Positions 38,802-51,090 of a stretch of 64,000 nucleotides of DNA are shown one piece after another. The notes beneath the pieces were generated by a model, which saw only the letters and a list, made by a program, of their open reading frames with translations, was not told the origin of the DNA and made no database searches. The first letter of the stretch is position 1, and each line of letters opens with the position of its first letter. Source of the DNA: Caldilineaceae bacterium (GTDB lineage: Bacteria > Chloroflexota > Anaerolineae > Caldilineales > Caldilineaceae); the NCBI GenBank assembly GCA_965220285.1, contig OZ244818.1, forward strand, positions 4,133,629-4,197,628, read 5' to 3'. The position numbers and the translations under genes were made by a program.

Positions 38802-39764
38802 TCATGCGTCTTCCTTGCGCCGTTCAGCTTCGTAATAAACCCAGTGCGGTGAACTGCGGAATACCAGCAGCGTAACGGCCAGGATGATCAGCGTGAGTAT
38901 CCACGCCAGTGCCGAACCATAGCCCATTCGCAGAGTGCCAAACGCCTTGTTGTAAATGTACAGCATATAGAAAAACGTTGCTTGCAGCGGTCCTCCCTGC
39001 GTCGCAATGTAAGACTGGGTAAATACCTGAAAGGTTGCGATCAGATTCAGAACTAACTGGAAGAAGAGTGTCGGTGTCAACAGGGGCAACGTGATTCGCC
39101 AGAAGCGGCGCCAGATATTCGCGCCGTCAATCTCCGCCGCCTCATAAAGGTGGGGCGGTATGTTCTGCAGACCGGCCAGGTAAATGACGGCGCCCCCGCC
39201 TACACCCCACAGGCCAAGCAGCATCAGACCCGGCAAGGCCCAGCGTGGACTGTGGAACCAGCTCGGCCCCTCAATCCCGACCAGCGATAGAAGATGGTTG
39301 ATAACACCGAACTCGGGATTGAATATCCAGATCCAGAGCATGGTCACCGCCACAATAGGCAGCACCGCTGGGATGTAGAAAAGTGTACGATAGAAGTTCA
39401 TGCCGCGTAGGCGCAGATTCAGCAGCAGAGATAGCGCCAGCCCCAGCACTAGGTGCAGCGGCAGAGTCACCACGGCATAGGTCAGAGTAACCTTGAGAGC
39501 CTGTAGAAAGTCCCCATCGTTGGTGAAAATCTCTACGTAGTTCTGCAGTCCCACCCAGCGTGGAGCACTTCCGATATCCCAGTACGTCAGGCTGAGGAGG
39601 AGTGACGCCAGAATCGGGCCGGCGACGAACATGACAAATCCGACGAGCCAGGGGGAGATGCATATGTAGCCCTCAACCGCTTCGCGACGGGCCTGCCGGC
39701 TCATGCCGCGCCAAACATTGAAGAAGTTTGAAGGCTGATGCGTGCGAGCAAGATTCTTGGTCAC
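38802..39764 (-). CDS. Carbohydrate ABC transporter permease (MalF/UgpA-like)
   Basis: About 6 TM segments and the EAA loop YEAAEIDGANIWRRFWRITLP. Confidence 0.88.
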   Translation of the reverse strand: MTKNLARTHQPSNFFNVWRGMSRQARREAVEGYICISPWLVGFVMFVAGPILASLLLSLTYWDIGSAPRWVGLQNYVEIFTNDGDFLQALKVTLTYAVVTLPLHLVLGLALSLLLNLRLRGMNFYRTLFYIPAVLPIVAVTMLWIWIFNPEFGVINHLLSLVGIEGPSWFHSPRWALPGLMLLGLWGVGGGAVIYLAGLQNIPPHLYEAAEIDGANIWRRFWRITLPLLTPTLFFQLVLNLIATFQVFTQSYIATQGGPLQATFFYMLYIYNKAFGTLRMGYGSALAWILTLIILAVTLLVFRSSPHWVYYEAERRKEDA

Positions 39765-39843
39765 GTAACAGATTTCTTCAATTGATTGTAAATGCTTGGG
39801 CCCGGTGTCCCGGTTCCAGGGGAGGTCAGTAAGCTAGTGGGCA

Positions 39844-39871
39844 ATCTTACATACCTGCCCGAGAAATGCAA
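39844..39871 (-). promoter_or_regulatory. Candidate promoter of the ABC-transporter operon
   Basis: Minus strand: TTGCAT (39871-39866), 16-nt spacer, TAAGAT (39849-39844), with a T-run immediately upstream. Confidence 0.35.
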
Positions 39872-40109
39872 AAAAACTCGAAGCTTTGTGCGCGCGAACC
39901 GCTGCCGGGCATGCGGCTGCTCGCCGGAACTTAACCTGTTTTCGCTAATCCGGGAGACAATTCCAGACTCAATCGGATACTGCGTTCCCTTACGGCGGAA
40001 CTCCTGGTGGCCTCAAATCCCAAACGCGCAGACTGTGCACATAACAAGGTGTCGAGCGTGCGCTATAGCCCCTGTGATTCGGGAGAGGAAAAGCCTTGGA
40101 GGAGAGACA

Positions 40110-41033
40110 TCAACTCTCTGCGATTAACCGCCTCAGGTTCGCGTAGTTAATTCGCATCGCCTCCACACGCGAACCGCTCGGCGGCAAAAAATGCGTCGCC
40201 ACCGACAGCACCGCGTCGCTGCGTCGCTCCCGCAGACTCCGCAAAATCGCGGGATAGTCCACGTCGCCTTCACCCAGCGGGCAGTAAGCAAAGTCCAGCT
40301 GTAACCCATTCTTGACGGTCAGGTCCTTCAGGTGCAGCCCGTGGAGATAGGGATGTATATTGAGAAATCCCGCCGTCGCCGCGTCCGTTTCGCCGCTGTT
40401 CATGTTGTCCGACGGCCCCCACATCACCTTGATGCGCGGCGAGTTGAGCGCCTCGGCCACCCGCCGGAAGTTGCCGGTCGTATTCGTATAGTTCCAGGGC
40501 ATCATCGAAAGCACCAGGTCGACGTCGTACTTTTCGGCCTCCTCAAGTGCAAACGAAAAGGCCCGCACCAGCTTCTCCATGTCGACGTCGGCGATATAGC
40601 CTCCCCGCGTTAACCACCTCATCGGCCACGTGGGCTTGGCGGCGGTATACTCCCCAGGCCACGCAAACGTGAATACGCCTACTGCGCCGACCCCCAGACG
40701 CGCAGCTATCTGCATCGAACGAACCATGTCGTCCATGTCCTGCCGAAACTCCGGATTTTCTTCAATACAGTCCAGGTCGAGATCGGTGAGGTGAATCTGC
40801 TTGAACGGATTGCCGACGTTGATCAGGAAGATCTCAAGCCCGTGGCTTGCCACCTGCTCCCCAATGCGGTCCACTGCGGCATCATCCAGCTCGCGCATTG
40901 ACGGGCCGTCGGCGCCAAGTGTATTGAACCATACGCAGTCGGCCCCGATCTCCCTGGCCTTTGCCAGCGACTCGTCGAAGGGGAGAGCCAGCTCCGGCAG
41001 GTACATGCCCAGCTTGAATTTGTGCTCGGTCAT
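40110..41033 (-). CDS. Sugar phosphate isomerase/epimerase (xylose-isomerase-like TIM barrel) family protein
   Basis: 307 aa with the overall pattern of AP-endonuclease-2/xylose-isomerase-like TIM barrels. ATG 41033 is chosen because the ORF-track start overlaps the upstream gene. Confidence 0.7.
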   Translation of the reverse strand: MTEHKFKLGMYLPELALPFDESLAKAREIGADCVWFNTLGADGPSMRELDDAAVDRIGEQVASHGLEIFLINVGNPFKQIHLTDLDLDCIEENPEFRQDMDDMVRSMQIAARLGVGAVGVFTFAWPGEYTAAKPTWPMRWLTRGGYIADVDMEKLVRAFSFALEEAEKYDVDLVLSMMPWNYTNTTGNFRRVAEALNSPRIKVMWGPSDNMNSGETDAATAGFLNIHPYLHGLHLKDLTVKNGLQLDFAYCPLGEGDVDYPAILRSLRERRSDAVLSVATHFLPPSGSRVEAMRINYANLRRLIAES

Positions 41034-41052
41034 CTTTCGACCTCGTCTTCTT

Positions 41053-42009
41053 TCAGTTTTGCAGCGGCTGCAACCAGCGGTCCAGTCCCGCGTCTGCCAG
41101 ATTCTGTATCCAGTCGTAGTGCGAGCGGGCCACCCGGTCAGGATGTTGACGGCTGCGGGCGACAAAACCCGGTACCTTGGAGCGGCCCGTCGGCAGTCCG
41201 ATGCGGCTATATCGTGTATCGACGCTCCAGCGCACCGTCTGCGACCGGTTTGGAATCGAGCGATGTACCAGCCGCTCCATCGTTATCAAGACATCGCCTG
41301 GGTCCACCTCGCAAGTGATGACGTTCGTGTCCGGCAGGTCCGCGTCGGCGATTCCTCTGGCCCCCTTGTGTCCCGGTGTCTCGAGCCACAGGTCATGTGC
41401 AATCAGCCCTTCAAGGTGGGAGCCTGGAATCACCTGCATGCAGCCGTTCTGCTCGGTGGCGCTCACGAGCGGTATCCAATAGTTTACGACAAGGGTCTCA
41501 CCTGCTTCGTCAGGTATCAGGTAGGCAAGGTCCTGATGCCAGGGGATGTCCATCAAGTCAAGATCGGGCATTTTAGGCCGCAACGCGAACTGGGGATGGG
41601 CGAGGATTTCAGGTCCGATCAAGGATTCGGTCGCGTCCAATAGTACGGGAGTAGTGCGGAGCGTAAACATCCCTGCAGATATGGGCTTCCCACGCGAAAA
41701 ATAGTTCTGCCACAGCCAGTTCCGGTCGGTACAGGCTTCGGAGGCCAGTGCCAGCCGCTTGGCGAACGGCGCCTCTTCAAAGGTCTTTCTGGAGTCAAGC
41801 TGACCCTGCCGGACAGCTTCTCCAATCGCACCGTCTACCTTCTCTGCAAGCTCATCGATCAGAGGCTGAAACGCATCGAGAGGCAGCATCTGACGCACGA
41901 TCAGAAAGCCCTCCTCTTTGAACTGCCGGATCTGTTCCGGTGTCAGCCCCGTAGTCGTTGATGATGTGCTTTCGATCTTCTGTTCCTGCGCTGCCGAGTT
42001 TCCTGCCAT
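41053..42009 (-). CDS. Phytanoyl-CoA dioxygenase (PhyH)-family oxygenase
   Basis: IPWHQDLAY (HxD) and a distal LVHRS histidine. ATG 42009 is preceded by GGGAGGA. Confidence 0.75.
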   Translation of the reverse strand: MAGNSAAQEQKIESTSSTTTGLTPEQIRQFKEEGFLIVRQMLPLDAFQPLIDELAEKVDGAIGEAVRQGQLDSRKTFEEAPFAKRLALASEACTDRNWLWQNYFSRGKPISAGMFTLRTTPVLLDATESLIGPEILAHPQFALRPKMPDLDLMDIPWHQDLAYLIPDEAGETLVVNYWIPLVSATEQNGCMQVIPGSHLEGLIAHDLWLETPGHKGARGIADADLPDTNVITCEVDPGDVLITMERLVHRSIPNRSQTVRWSVDTRYSRIGLPTGRSKVPGFVARSRQHPDRVARSHYDWIQNLADAGLDRWLQPLQN

Positions 42010-42418
42010 GTAGTCCTCCCGTGCTTCGCGCGAGCAATCGGCTTGGAATCTGCGCATGGGTTCGTTATGAGGGGTCTTTGGGAATGCAGTATATTCCAAA
42101 TCGTAGGGTGGCGCTACTCTCTGAAATGCATATATCCGGTGTCCGGGTCACCCACTGAGCGGCCCTGTGCAGAAAGCCATTTCTCTCTTGGTCGAGCGCG
42201 TTGAATCTCCTCATAAAGTTCGGGTCTTCCACGCGACCGCACAGACTACAGTTCAGGCAAATGGGGCTTTCGTGTACAATACAGCCACGGCGGACTGGCG
42301 GGCTCCTTCGACTGTCCAAGAATGAAACGAATGAGTAGAATGCGAGGCCCCCTGCATAAGTCCTTTCAACTGGAATCCGGCAGCAAAGAATAGAGTCAAA
42401 AGATTTTGAGGTGAACAG

Positions 42419-43453
42419 ATGACTGTGAACGGCGCGAAGGGGGCTCTGGGATGGGCGCTTATCGGTTGCGGCGGCGCGGGCAAAGCACATGCCGGCTGGG
42501 CGGCCACCACCGAAGGCGTATCCGTGCGCGGCTTTTGCGATATTCAGGCCGGCATGGCTGAACAGCTGCAACAGCAGCACGGCGCAGAATTCGCCACCAC
42601 CGACCCGGAGCGCGTCTTCGCCGACCCTGCTGTGGACATCGTTTCGATTGCCACTTCCCACAGTTCCCATGCAGAACTGGCGGTCGCCGCACTGCAGGCC
42701 GGCAAACATCTCTTCCTCGAAAAGCCGATGGCGATGACAACGACCGACTGCCTGCGCATCCACGAAGCGATGCAGACCGCAGCCACAAAACTGATGCTCA
42801 ACTTCTCCATTCGCTTTTCAGGCGCCGCGCGCGCCATTCGTCAGCGCATTACCGCACCCAAGGTCAGTCACAGCCAGTGCATGATGGGCCGCGCCGACCT
42901 CAACCGCTGGCGCTGGCATCCCGTTGAAGGCGGCGGGCCGCTGTGGGATGTTGGCGTTCACATGGTCGATTATCTGTGCTGGATCCATGACAGCGCGCCG
43001 GTGGAGGTCTACGCAACCGGCGGCCAGATTACGCATCCCGGTGAACTGGGCAGTGACGACATGGTGGATACGGCGGCGGCTACGATCCGCTTCGCCAACG
43101 ACTCGGTCGGCACGTTTCTGATGAGCGACGCTGGCTTCAATTCCGTGATATCCAAGTGGTTCTTTGAGTTCTTTGACGGCGACAATACGGCAGTCCTCTA
43201 CGAACACTTCCGCAAAGTCAGCTTTTCAACTCCGGACCCGAATGAAGGGCAGAAGGACGAAACTCTGACCCCGCCGCCGATCGAACGCCTTTCGCTGCTT
43301 GTCGAGGCGATTCGCAACGACACGGAACCCTATGTGCCGCCGCAGGCGGGCATCCTGTCCACACTGCTGGTAGAGACGATCATCGCCTCGATCCACTCAG
43401 GCAAGCCGCAGCAGGTAGATCTGTCCGCCTTGCCCGAGCCTCTTTCACAATAG
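42419..43453 (+). CDS. Gfo/Idh/MocA-family NAD(P) oxidoreductase
   Basis: N-terminal Rossmann segment WALIGCGGAGKAHA and the family motif LFLEKPMA. Confidence 0.88.
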   Translation: MTVNGAKGALGWALIGCGGAGKAHAGWAATTEGVSVRGFCDIQAGMAEQLQQQHGAEFATTDPERVFADPAVDIVSIATSHSSHAELAVAALQAGKHLFLEKPMAMTTTDCLRIHEAMQTAATKLMLNFSIRFSGAARAIRQRITAPKVSHSQCMMGRADLNRWRWHPVEGGGPLWDVGVHMVDYLCWIHDSAPVEVYATGGQITHPGELGSDDMVDTAAATIRFANDSVGTFLMSDAGFNSVISKWFFEFFDGDNTAVLYEHFRKVSFSTPDPNEGQKDETLTPPPIERLSLLVEAIRNDTEPYVPPQAGILSTLLVETIIASIHSGKPQQVDLSALPEPLSQ

Positions 43454-43521
43454 AGGCACCGGACGGGACAGACTTCCAACTCCCACAGCCACCGCGAAGT
43501 GCGGCAACCTGAGATTCGAGT

Positions 43522-45168
43522 ATGAACGGAATTGAAGCCATCGCAGCGATATTGAAGACGGAAGGGGTCGACTGGCTTGCCTGCTATCCATCTAATCCAC
43601 TGATTGAAGCAGCCGCCCAGGTCGGCGTCCGGCCGATCAATTTCCGCCACGAACGCGGCGCCGTGATGGCCGCCGACGGTTACAGCCGCACCAGCGGCCG
43701 CCAGCGCTTTGGCGTGGTCGCCGTTCAATCGCAGGCTGGTGCCGAAAACGCAATGGGCGGAATTGCCCAGGCCTATGCCGACAATGTCCCGATTCTGGTC
43801 CTGCCCGGCGGCGTCAATCTGGATCAGCTGGCTGTGAAACCCAATTTTTCTGCCTCGAATAACTACCAGGGTGTCGTCAAACGTGTTGAGGCGATATACC
43901 GGCCCGATCAGGTCTCGTCGGTGATGAGAAGAGCGTTCCATGCGTTGCGCAACGGGCCGCCGGGGCCGGTCGTCGTCGAAATGCTGACGGATGTCTGCGA
44001 TCAGGAGGTACCACCCGGCTCGTTCGACTACCGGCCGCCGCAGATGATGAAGCAGGTTCCTGCCCAGGCCGAGATTGACGAAGCGGTCAAGGAGTTGCTG
44101 CGGGCAGAGAAACCGGTCATCTGGGCAGGCGGCGGCGTTCTACTCGCCGGCGCTACTGCGGCTCTACGGGAACTGGCAGAGCTTACAGGGATTCCGGTAT
44201 TCTGCACAATGCCGGGCAAGTCGGCTCTTGACGAGCGTCATCCTCTCTGCCTTGGCGCGGGCAGCCGCGCCACCACACTACCTGCCCACCGCTGGCTGCA
44301 GGAGTGCGACCTACTTCTTGCAATCGGCTCCAGCCTCACGCGCGGCCCCTACAGTCAGATAATCTTGCCGGGCAAGGTGATCATTCAGAATTCGATCGAC
44401 GCCGATGACATCAACAAAGATGAATCGGTCGACATCGGCCTGGTCGGCGACGCCAAACTGACCTTGGAGGCAATGATTGAGTCAGTCAGACGCGAAGTCG
44501 GGGATGGCCGCGCCTCGAGGGGACGTCAGACAGCTGCCGAGATCGCCGCCTTCAGGAAACCGTGGCTGGACGAATGGATGCCTTTACTGACCTCGGACGA
44601 AGAGCCTCTCAACACGTACCGTGTGATCCACGATATCGACCGCACCCTCGACTGGGAGAACAGCATCGTCACCCACGACGCCGGCGCACCGCGCGACTCA
44701 ATCGTTCCCTTCTACACTGCCACCTTGCCCAACAGTTACATCGGCTGGGGCAAGACGACGCACCTCGGCTTTGGCCTCCCACTGATGATCGGGGCCAAAT
44801 TGGCGCATCCCGAAAAGTTCTGCCTTAACCTCATGGGCGACGGAGCCTTCGGCATGTCCGGCCTGGACCTTGAAACGGCGGTGCGGGCTAAGGTGCCGAT
44901 TACGACCGTGCTGCTCAATAACGGCGGCATGGCGACATACGCCCCGGGAAACTTTGCCACCGCACGCGAGCGATTCGGGGTCAGCCATATGGTCGGCGAT
45001 TACGCAAAGATCGCGGAAGGCCTCGGTGCAGTCGGGATTACCGTGACGAAAACCGCTGAGATGACTCCCGCCTTGCAGAGGGCCCAACGGCTCAATGCCG
45101 AGGGGGAGACTGTACTTATCGATGTGCATTCCAATCTTGAATCCCGCCGCTCGCGCTGGGACCGTTGA
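43522..45168 (+). CDS. Thiamine-pyrophosphate-dependent enzyme (acetolactate-synthase-like fold)
   Basis: N-terminal Pyr domain (MNGIEAIAAILKTEGVDW, FRHERGA) and the TPP-binding motif GDGAFGMSGLDLETAVRAKVPITTVLLNNGG. Confidence 0.88.
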   Translation: MNGIEAIAAILKTEGVDWLACYPSNPLIEAAAQVGVRPINFRHERGAVMAADGYSRTSGRQRFGVVAVQSQAGAENAMGGIAQAYADNVPILVLPGGVNLDQLAVKPNFSASNNYQGVVKRVEAIYRPDQVSSVMRRAFHALRNGPPGPVVVEMLTDVCDQEVPPGSFDYRPPQMMKQVPAQAEIDEAVKELLRAEKPVIWAGGGVLLAGATAALRELAELTGIPVFCTMPGKSALDERHPLCLGAGSRATTLPAHRWLQECDLLLAIGSSLTRGPYSQIILPGKVIIQNSIDADDINKDESVDIGLVGDAKLTLEAMIESVRREVGDGRASRGRQTAAEIAAFRKPWLDEWMPLLTSDEEPLNTYRVIHDIDRTLDWENSIVTHDAGAPRDSIVPFYTATLPNSYIGWGKTTHLGFGLPLMIGAKLAHPEKFCLNLMGDGAFGMSGLDLETAVRAKVPITTVLLNNGGMATYAPGNFATARERFGVSHMVGDYAKIAEGLGAVGITVTKTAEMTPALQRAQRLNAEGETVLIDVHSNLESRRSRWDR

Positions 45169-45231
45169 AGGTCACAGGTGTATCTGACGGCACAATCCAC
45201 GTTTGCTCTGCAGACGTAAGGAGAAAAAAGA

Positions 45232-45669
45232 ATGAGTGTCTTAATCCATGTGGGGGTACGAGCGTCCGATCTCTCTGAATCCATCCGTTTTTGGCGCGAT
45301 GGCCTGGGGTTGCGTGTCGCAGGCGAAAGGGGAATTCGCTACGACTTGACCGACGGCTACCACAATTTCGCCGTGTTCCAGCACCAGGGCGACGACCGGC
45401 CCGAGCATATAGGCGGCATGCTCGACTACCTGCACATCGGCGTGGGCGTCCCGGACGTTGCGGCCGCGGCCCGCCGCCTGCGCGATATGGGATACACTAT
45501 CTTCTCCGACGGGCTGGGCGGCAAGACCCCTCTTGACCCCGACAACCTAGAGCAGCCCGCCTTTAAGGTCGAAGATCCTGATGGCATCACCATCGATGTG
45601 AGCGAAGTCACCACGATGTGGCCGGGCACCACGATTCACCCGAATCAGACGGCTCAGCCGGGGGGTTAG
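45232..45669 (+). CDS. VOC (glyoxalase) family protein
   Basis: IHVGVRASDLSESIRFWRDGLGL and VEDPDGITIDV. Confidence 0.78.
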   Translation: MSVLIHVGVRASDLSESIRFWRDGLGLRVAGERGIRYDLTDGYHNFAVFQHQGDDRPEHIGGMLDYLHIGVGVPDVAAAARRLRDMGYTIFSDGLGGKTPLDPDNLEQPAFKVEDPDGITIDVSEVTTMWPGTTIHPNQTAQPGG

Positions 45670-45724
45670 TCCCTTCAAGCAGCTAGCTCGACTCTGCTTT
45701 GCAAGCCCTCAATTCTTGGGAAAT

Positions 45725-45758
45725 GTAGTGCGGGGACCGCGATTCTTCTCCGCACTAC
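45725..45758. terminator. Hairpin between the convergent VOC gene (+) and mutS (-)
   Basis: 12-bp stem GTAGTGCGGGGA / TCTCCGCACTAC (one G-U pair) with a 10-nt loop. T-rich sequence follows on both strands. Confidence 0.45.
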
Positions 45759-45931
45759 GGCTTTCTCCTCGCCCAATTCATTGAACAGCCATCGGAGCTT
45801 GAACCGGGCGGCCTTTGGCCGCGGCGGAATGCTCCGACCTGGATGGCAATTCACTTTCCTCGCCCAGTCTCAAGCCTCATGAACAACTGTATTCACTTTT
45901 CTCAAGGAGGAGAATCAGGGGCAAGCTCTGC

Positions 45932-48598
45932 TCAACTGGACTCAGCCAACTGCCTGAGCTCGTAAAGCCTGTTGAGAGCATCCAGCGGGGAAAGGGCATC
46001 CACGTCCAGCGCGCGCAGCGATTCAACCACCGGGTGGTCATGTGCAAAGAGGCCTACCTGCATGGCGTCCTTCTGCTTACGTCCGGGCGTCTGATCCAAC
46101 AGGGTCGATGGGCCGGCCGCGCCGGACGCCTCCAGATCGAGCAGAATCTCTCCCGCCCGTCGTACAACCCCTCTCGGCAACCCAGCCATCTGCGCCACGT
46201 GCACGCCATAGGACCGGTCGGCCCGGCCGGGCAGGATCCGGCGTAGAAACACAACCTCGTCGCCGCTGTCGTCTACGGCCACATTGTAGTTGACGATTTG
46301 GGGCAGCCGTTCAGCCAGATCGGTCAACTCGTGGTAGTGGGTGGCAAACTGTGTTTTGGCGCGCAGCGACGGGCTATTGTGGATATGCTCCACAACGGCC
46401 CAGGCGATGGCCAGACCGTCGTATGTACTGGTGCCGCGGCCAATCTCGTCCAATATCAGCAAACTGCGCTCGGTGGCGTGGTGGAGGATGTTGGCCGTCT
46501 CGATCATCTCGACCATGAAGGTGGACTGCCCGCGGTGGAGCTCGTCGCTGGCGCCAATGCGAGTGAATATCCGGTCGACAACGCCGATTTGGGCCGCGGT
46601 CGCAGGTACAAAGGAGCCAATCTGGGCCAGGAGAGTGATTAGGGCCGTCTGCCGCAGATAGGTGGACTTGCCCGACATATTCGGCCCCGTCAAGATGTGA
46701 ATGAGTTCGCCGGGAGAGAGATGCACGTCGTTGGGGACGAAGGGCTCGTCGCTCGTCAACTCCACAACCGGGTGGCGCCCACCCGTGATCGCGATTCCGG
46801 CGGCTTCGTCGATTTCAGGGCGGCAGTAACGACGCTTGACCGCGACCTCGGCCATCGACGCGTACACATCCATCAGGGCCAGCCCCTCGGCCAGGCAGCG
46901 AATCTCGTCGGCATGCGCGGTCAGGTCAGCGCAAACGCAGCGGAAAAGCTCCTGCTCCAGCGTCAGGCGGCGCTCGTCGGCGTTAAGGATCTGTGACTCA
47001 TACTCCTTGAGCTCCGGCGTAATGTAACGTTCCGCGTTCGTCAGCGTCTGTTTGCGAATATATTCCTGCGGCACCTTGCCCGCATGAGTGTTTCTCACTT
47101 CAATATAGTAGCCGAAGACCTTGTTGTAGCTGACTTTCAGACTTGGGACATTTAGGCGATCGCGTTCCACATTCTCAAGTGCGGCAACCCACTCCTTTGC
47201 GTGACGGCTGTTCTCTACGATGGCATCCAGCTCTTTACTGTAGCCGGGCCGGATTATGCCCGGATTCGCCAGCGTGGCTGAAGGCTCGTCGTCGATCGCA
47301 CGCTGCAGAAGTTCGAAAGAGGGCGAACAATCCGGCAATCTGGCCATCATCTGGTCGGGAAACGCGTCGGCAGAGGCACGAGGCACAGACCCATTTTCCG
47401 GCCCTCGATCTAAGCCCGGAGTGGTCGAATTGAACAGTTCGCGAAGGCCCGGCGCCTGGCCGAGGACCTCCCGGACACCAAGCAGATCGCGCGGCAGTGC
47501 TTTGGTCTGCGTGATGCGGTTGATCCAACGCTCCAGGTCGCCCATCCCTCGCAGAACGTCGCGAATCTGCGCGCGCAAATCGGTTTCGTTCACCAGTGTC
47601 TGGACTGCCTCCAACCTCTCGTTTATGAGAGCAACGTCGAGCAGCGGACGTCCCAGCCAGCTCCGCAGCAGACGTCCACCCATGGGTGTCAGGGTCTCGT
47701 CCAACACGCCAAGAAGGCTGCCGCGAACGTCGGCGCCGCGAATTGTTTCCGTCAATTCAAGATTGCGCCGTGTGGAGTCGTCCAACACCATGAACTCGCT
47801 CACAGCGTAGCTGTGCAGTCTGACCAATTGGGAGAGTGCGCTGGGCTGCATCTCCTGCAAGTAGGCAAGGATGGCGGCGGCCGCGCGCACGGCCTGCGGC
47901 CTTTCCTGCAGGCCGAATCCGTCCAGACTGCGGACTCCAAGATGCCGTTGCAGTGCATCGCGGGCCGTGTCAATCTCCACCTGCCAGGCTTCAACTGGCG
48001 AAACAAGAGCCTGCAAACTGGCGATCAAAGGCGCGAGCCGGCTCTCTGCGGCATTCCAATCGGACGTAATCAGCTCGCTTGGCCGCAGGCGGGCCAGCTC
48101 CTCTTCCAACCGCTTCTCGGTTTCAGCCAGGCCGCCGCCGTCGATCTGTGTCGCAGCAAACTCCCCTGTGGTGATGTCACAATAGGCGATGCCGGCCTCA
48201 TCGCCGCGGGCGTTGAACACGACGGCGACAAGATAGTTGTTGCGGTCGTCCTCCAGCATCGAAGGCTCAGCTATCGTGCCCTTGGTGATTACCTGCTGGA
48301 TCTCCCGGTCCACCAGGCCCGACCCCGGCTCGCTGACCTGTTCTGCGATCGCAACTTTGTGACCGGCCTCGACCAGCTTCGCCAAGTAACCTTCGATGCT
48401 GTGAAAGGGAACGCCTGCCAGCGGCACGCGCTGGCTATTGCCCACCGGCCGGCTGGTGAGCACTACATCGCAGACCTCAGCCACGATCTCGGCATCTCTA
48501 TCGAAAGCTTCGTAGAAGTCCCCCAGGCGGAACAGGAGAATGCATTCCGGATGCTGGCTTTTCAGTTGCAGGTACTGACGGCGCATCGGGGTTGTCAT
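45932..48598 (-). CDS. mutS: DNA mismatch repair protein MutS
   Basis: TPMRRQYLQLKSQHPECILLFRLGDFYEAF N-terminus, Walker A GPNMSGKST, DEIGRGTSTYDG; 888 aa. Confidence 0.95.
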   Translation of the reverse strand: MTTPMRRQYLQLKSQHPECILLFRLGDFYEAFDRDAEIVAEVCDVVLTSRPVGNSQRVPLAGVPFHSIEGYLAKLVEAGHKVAIAEQVSEPGSGLVDREIQQVITKGTIAEPSMLEDDRNNYLVAVVFNARGDEAGIAYCDITTGEFAATQIDGGGLAETEKRLEEELARLRPSELITSDWNAAESRLAPLIASLQALVSPVEAWQVEIDTARDALQRHLGVRSLDGFGLQERPQAVRAAAAILAYLQEMQPSALSQLVRLHSYAVSEFMVLDDSTRRNLELTETIRGADVRGSLLGVLDETLTPMGGRLLRSWLGRPLLDVALINERLEAVQTLVNETDLRAQIRDVLRGMGDLERWINRITQTKALPRDLLGVREVLGQAPGLRELFNSTTPGLDRGPENGSVPRASADAFPDQMMARLPDCSPSFELLQRAIDDEPSATLANPGIIRPGYSKELDAIVENSRHAKEWVAALENVERDRLNVPSLKVSYNKVFGYYIEVRNTHAGKVPQEYIRKQTLTNAERYITPELKEYESQILNADERRLTLEQELFRCVCADLTAHADEIRCLAEGLALMDVYASMAEVAVKRRYCRPEIDEAAGIAITGGRHPVVELTSDEPFVPNDVHLSPGELIHILTGPNMSGKSTYLRQTALITLLAQIGSFVPATAAQIGVVDRIFTRIGASDELHRGQSTFMVEMIETANILHHATERSLLILDEIGRGTSTYDGLAIAWAVVEHIHNSPSLRAKTQFATHYHELTDLAERLPQIVNYNVAVDDSGDEVVFLRRILPGRADRSYGVHVAQMAGLPRGVVRRAGEILLDLEASGAAGPSTLLDQTPGRKQKDAMQVGLFAHDHPVVESLRALDVDALSPLDALNRLYELRQLAESS

Positions 48599-48621
48599 GG
48601 CTACGTTTGTTCCGGCTGCTT

Positions 48622-50811
<2,190 letters not shown>

Positions 50812-51090
50812 TCGTCCCCTTTCTGAGCGGCAGTCAGTTGAGCCCGTACCGAATAGCGGGCATTAGCTGCTTGAAGTGGTGGGCAGGATCGTATCATAGC
50901 GGCCTAGGTTTTTCAATTCCTTTCCCTGTTTTCGCATGCTCTCCCGCGGGCTCTTCCGTCCCCGGCGTACTGGGAAAATCCCTGGCGATGTACCCCTCTT
51001 TTAGCCTATTAGCCCAAACCGATTGTACAATCTTCAGGCCTTCAGAAAGGCGATGAACGGCGACCGCAGCTATCTCTTCAGGAGCATCCT

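Noticed and set aside
39792-40127. 111-aa + strand ORF in the spacer upstream of the ABC operon.
   Set aside because: It has no RBS, a Cys/Arg-rich odd composition, and lies opposite to all neighbours. The region more plausibly holds the operon promoter.
42065-42763. 232-aa minus-strand ORF spanning the divergent promoter region and the 5' end of the Gfo/Idh/MocA gene.
   Set aside because: It overlaps the clearly real + strand oxidoreductase (Rossmann and EKP motifs). It would also run through the PhyH gene's start region. Its sequence is not protein-like.
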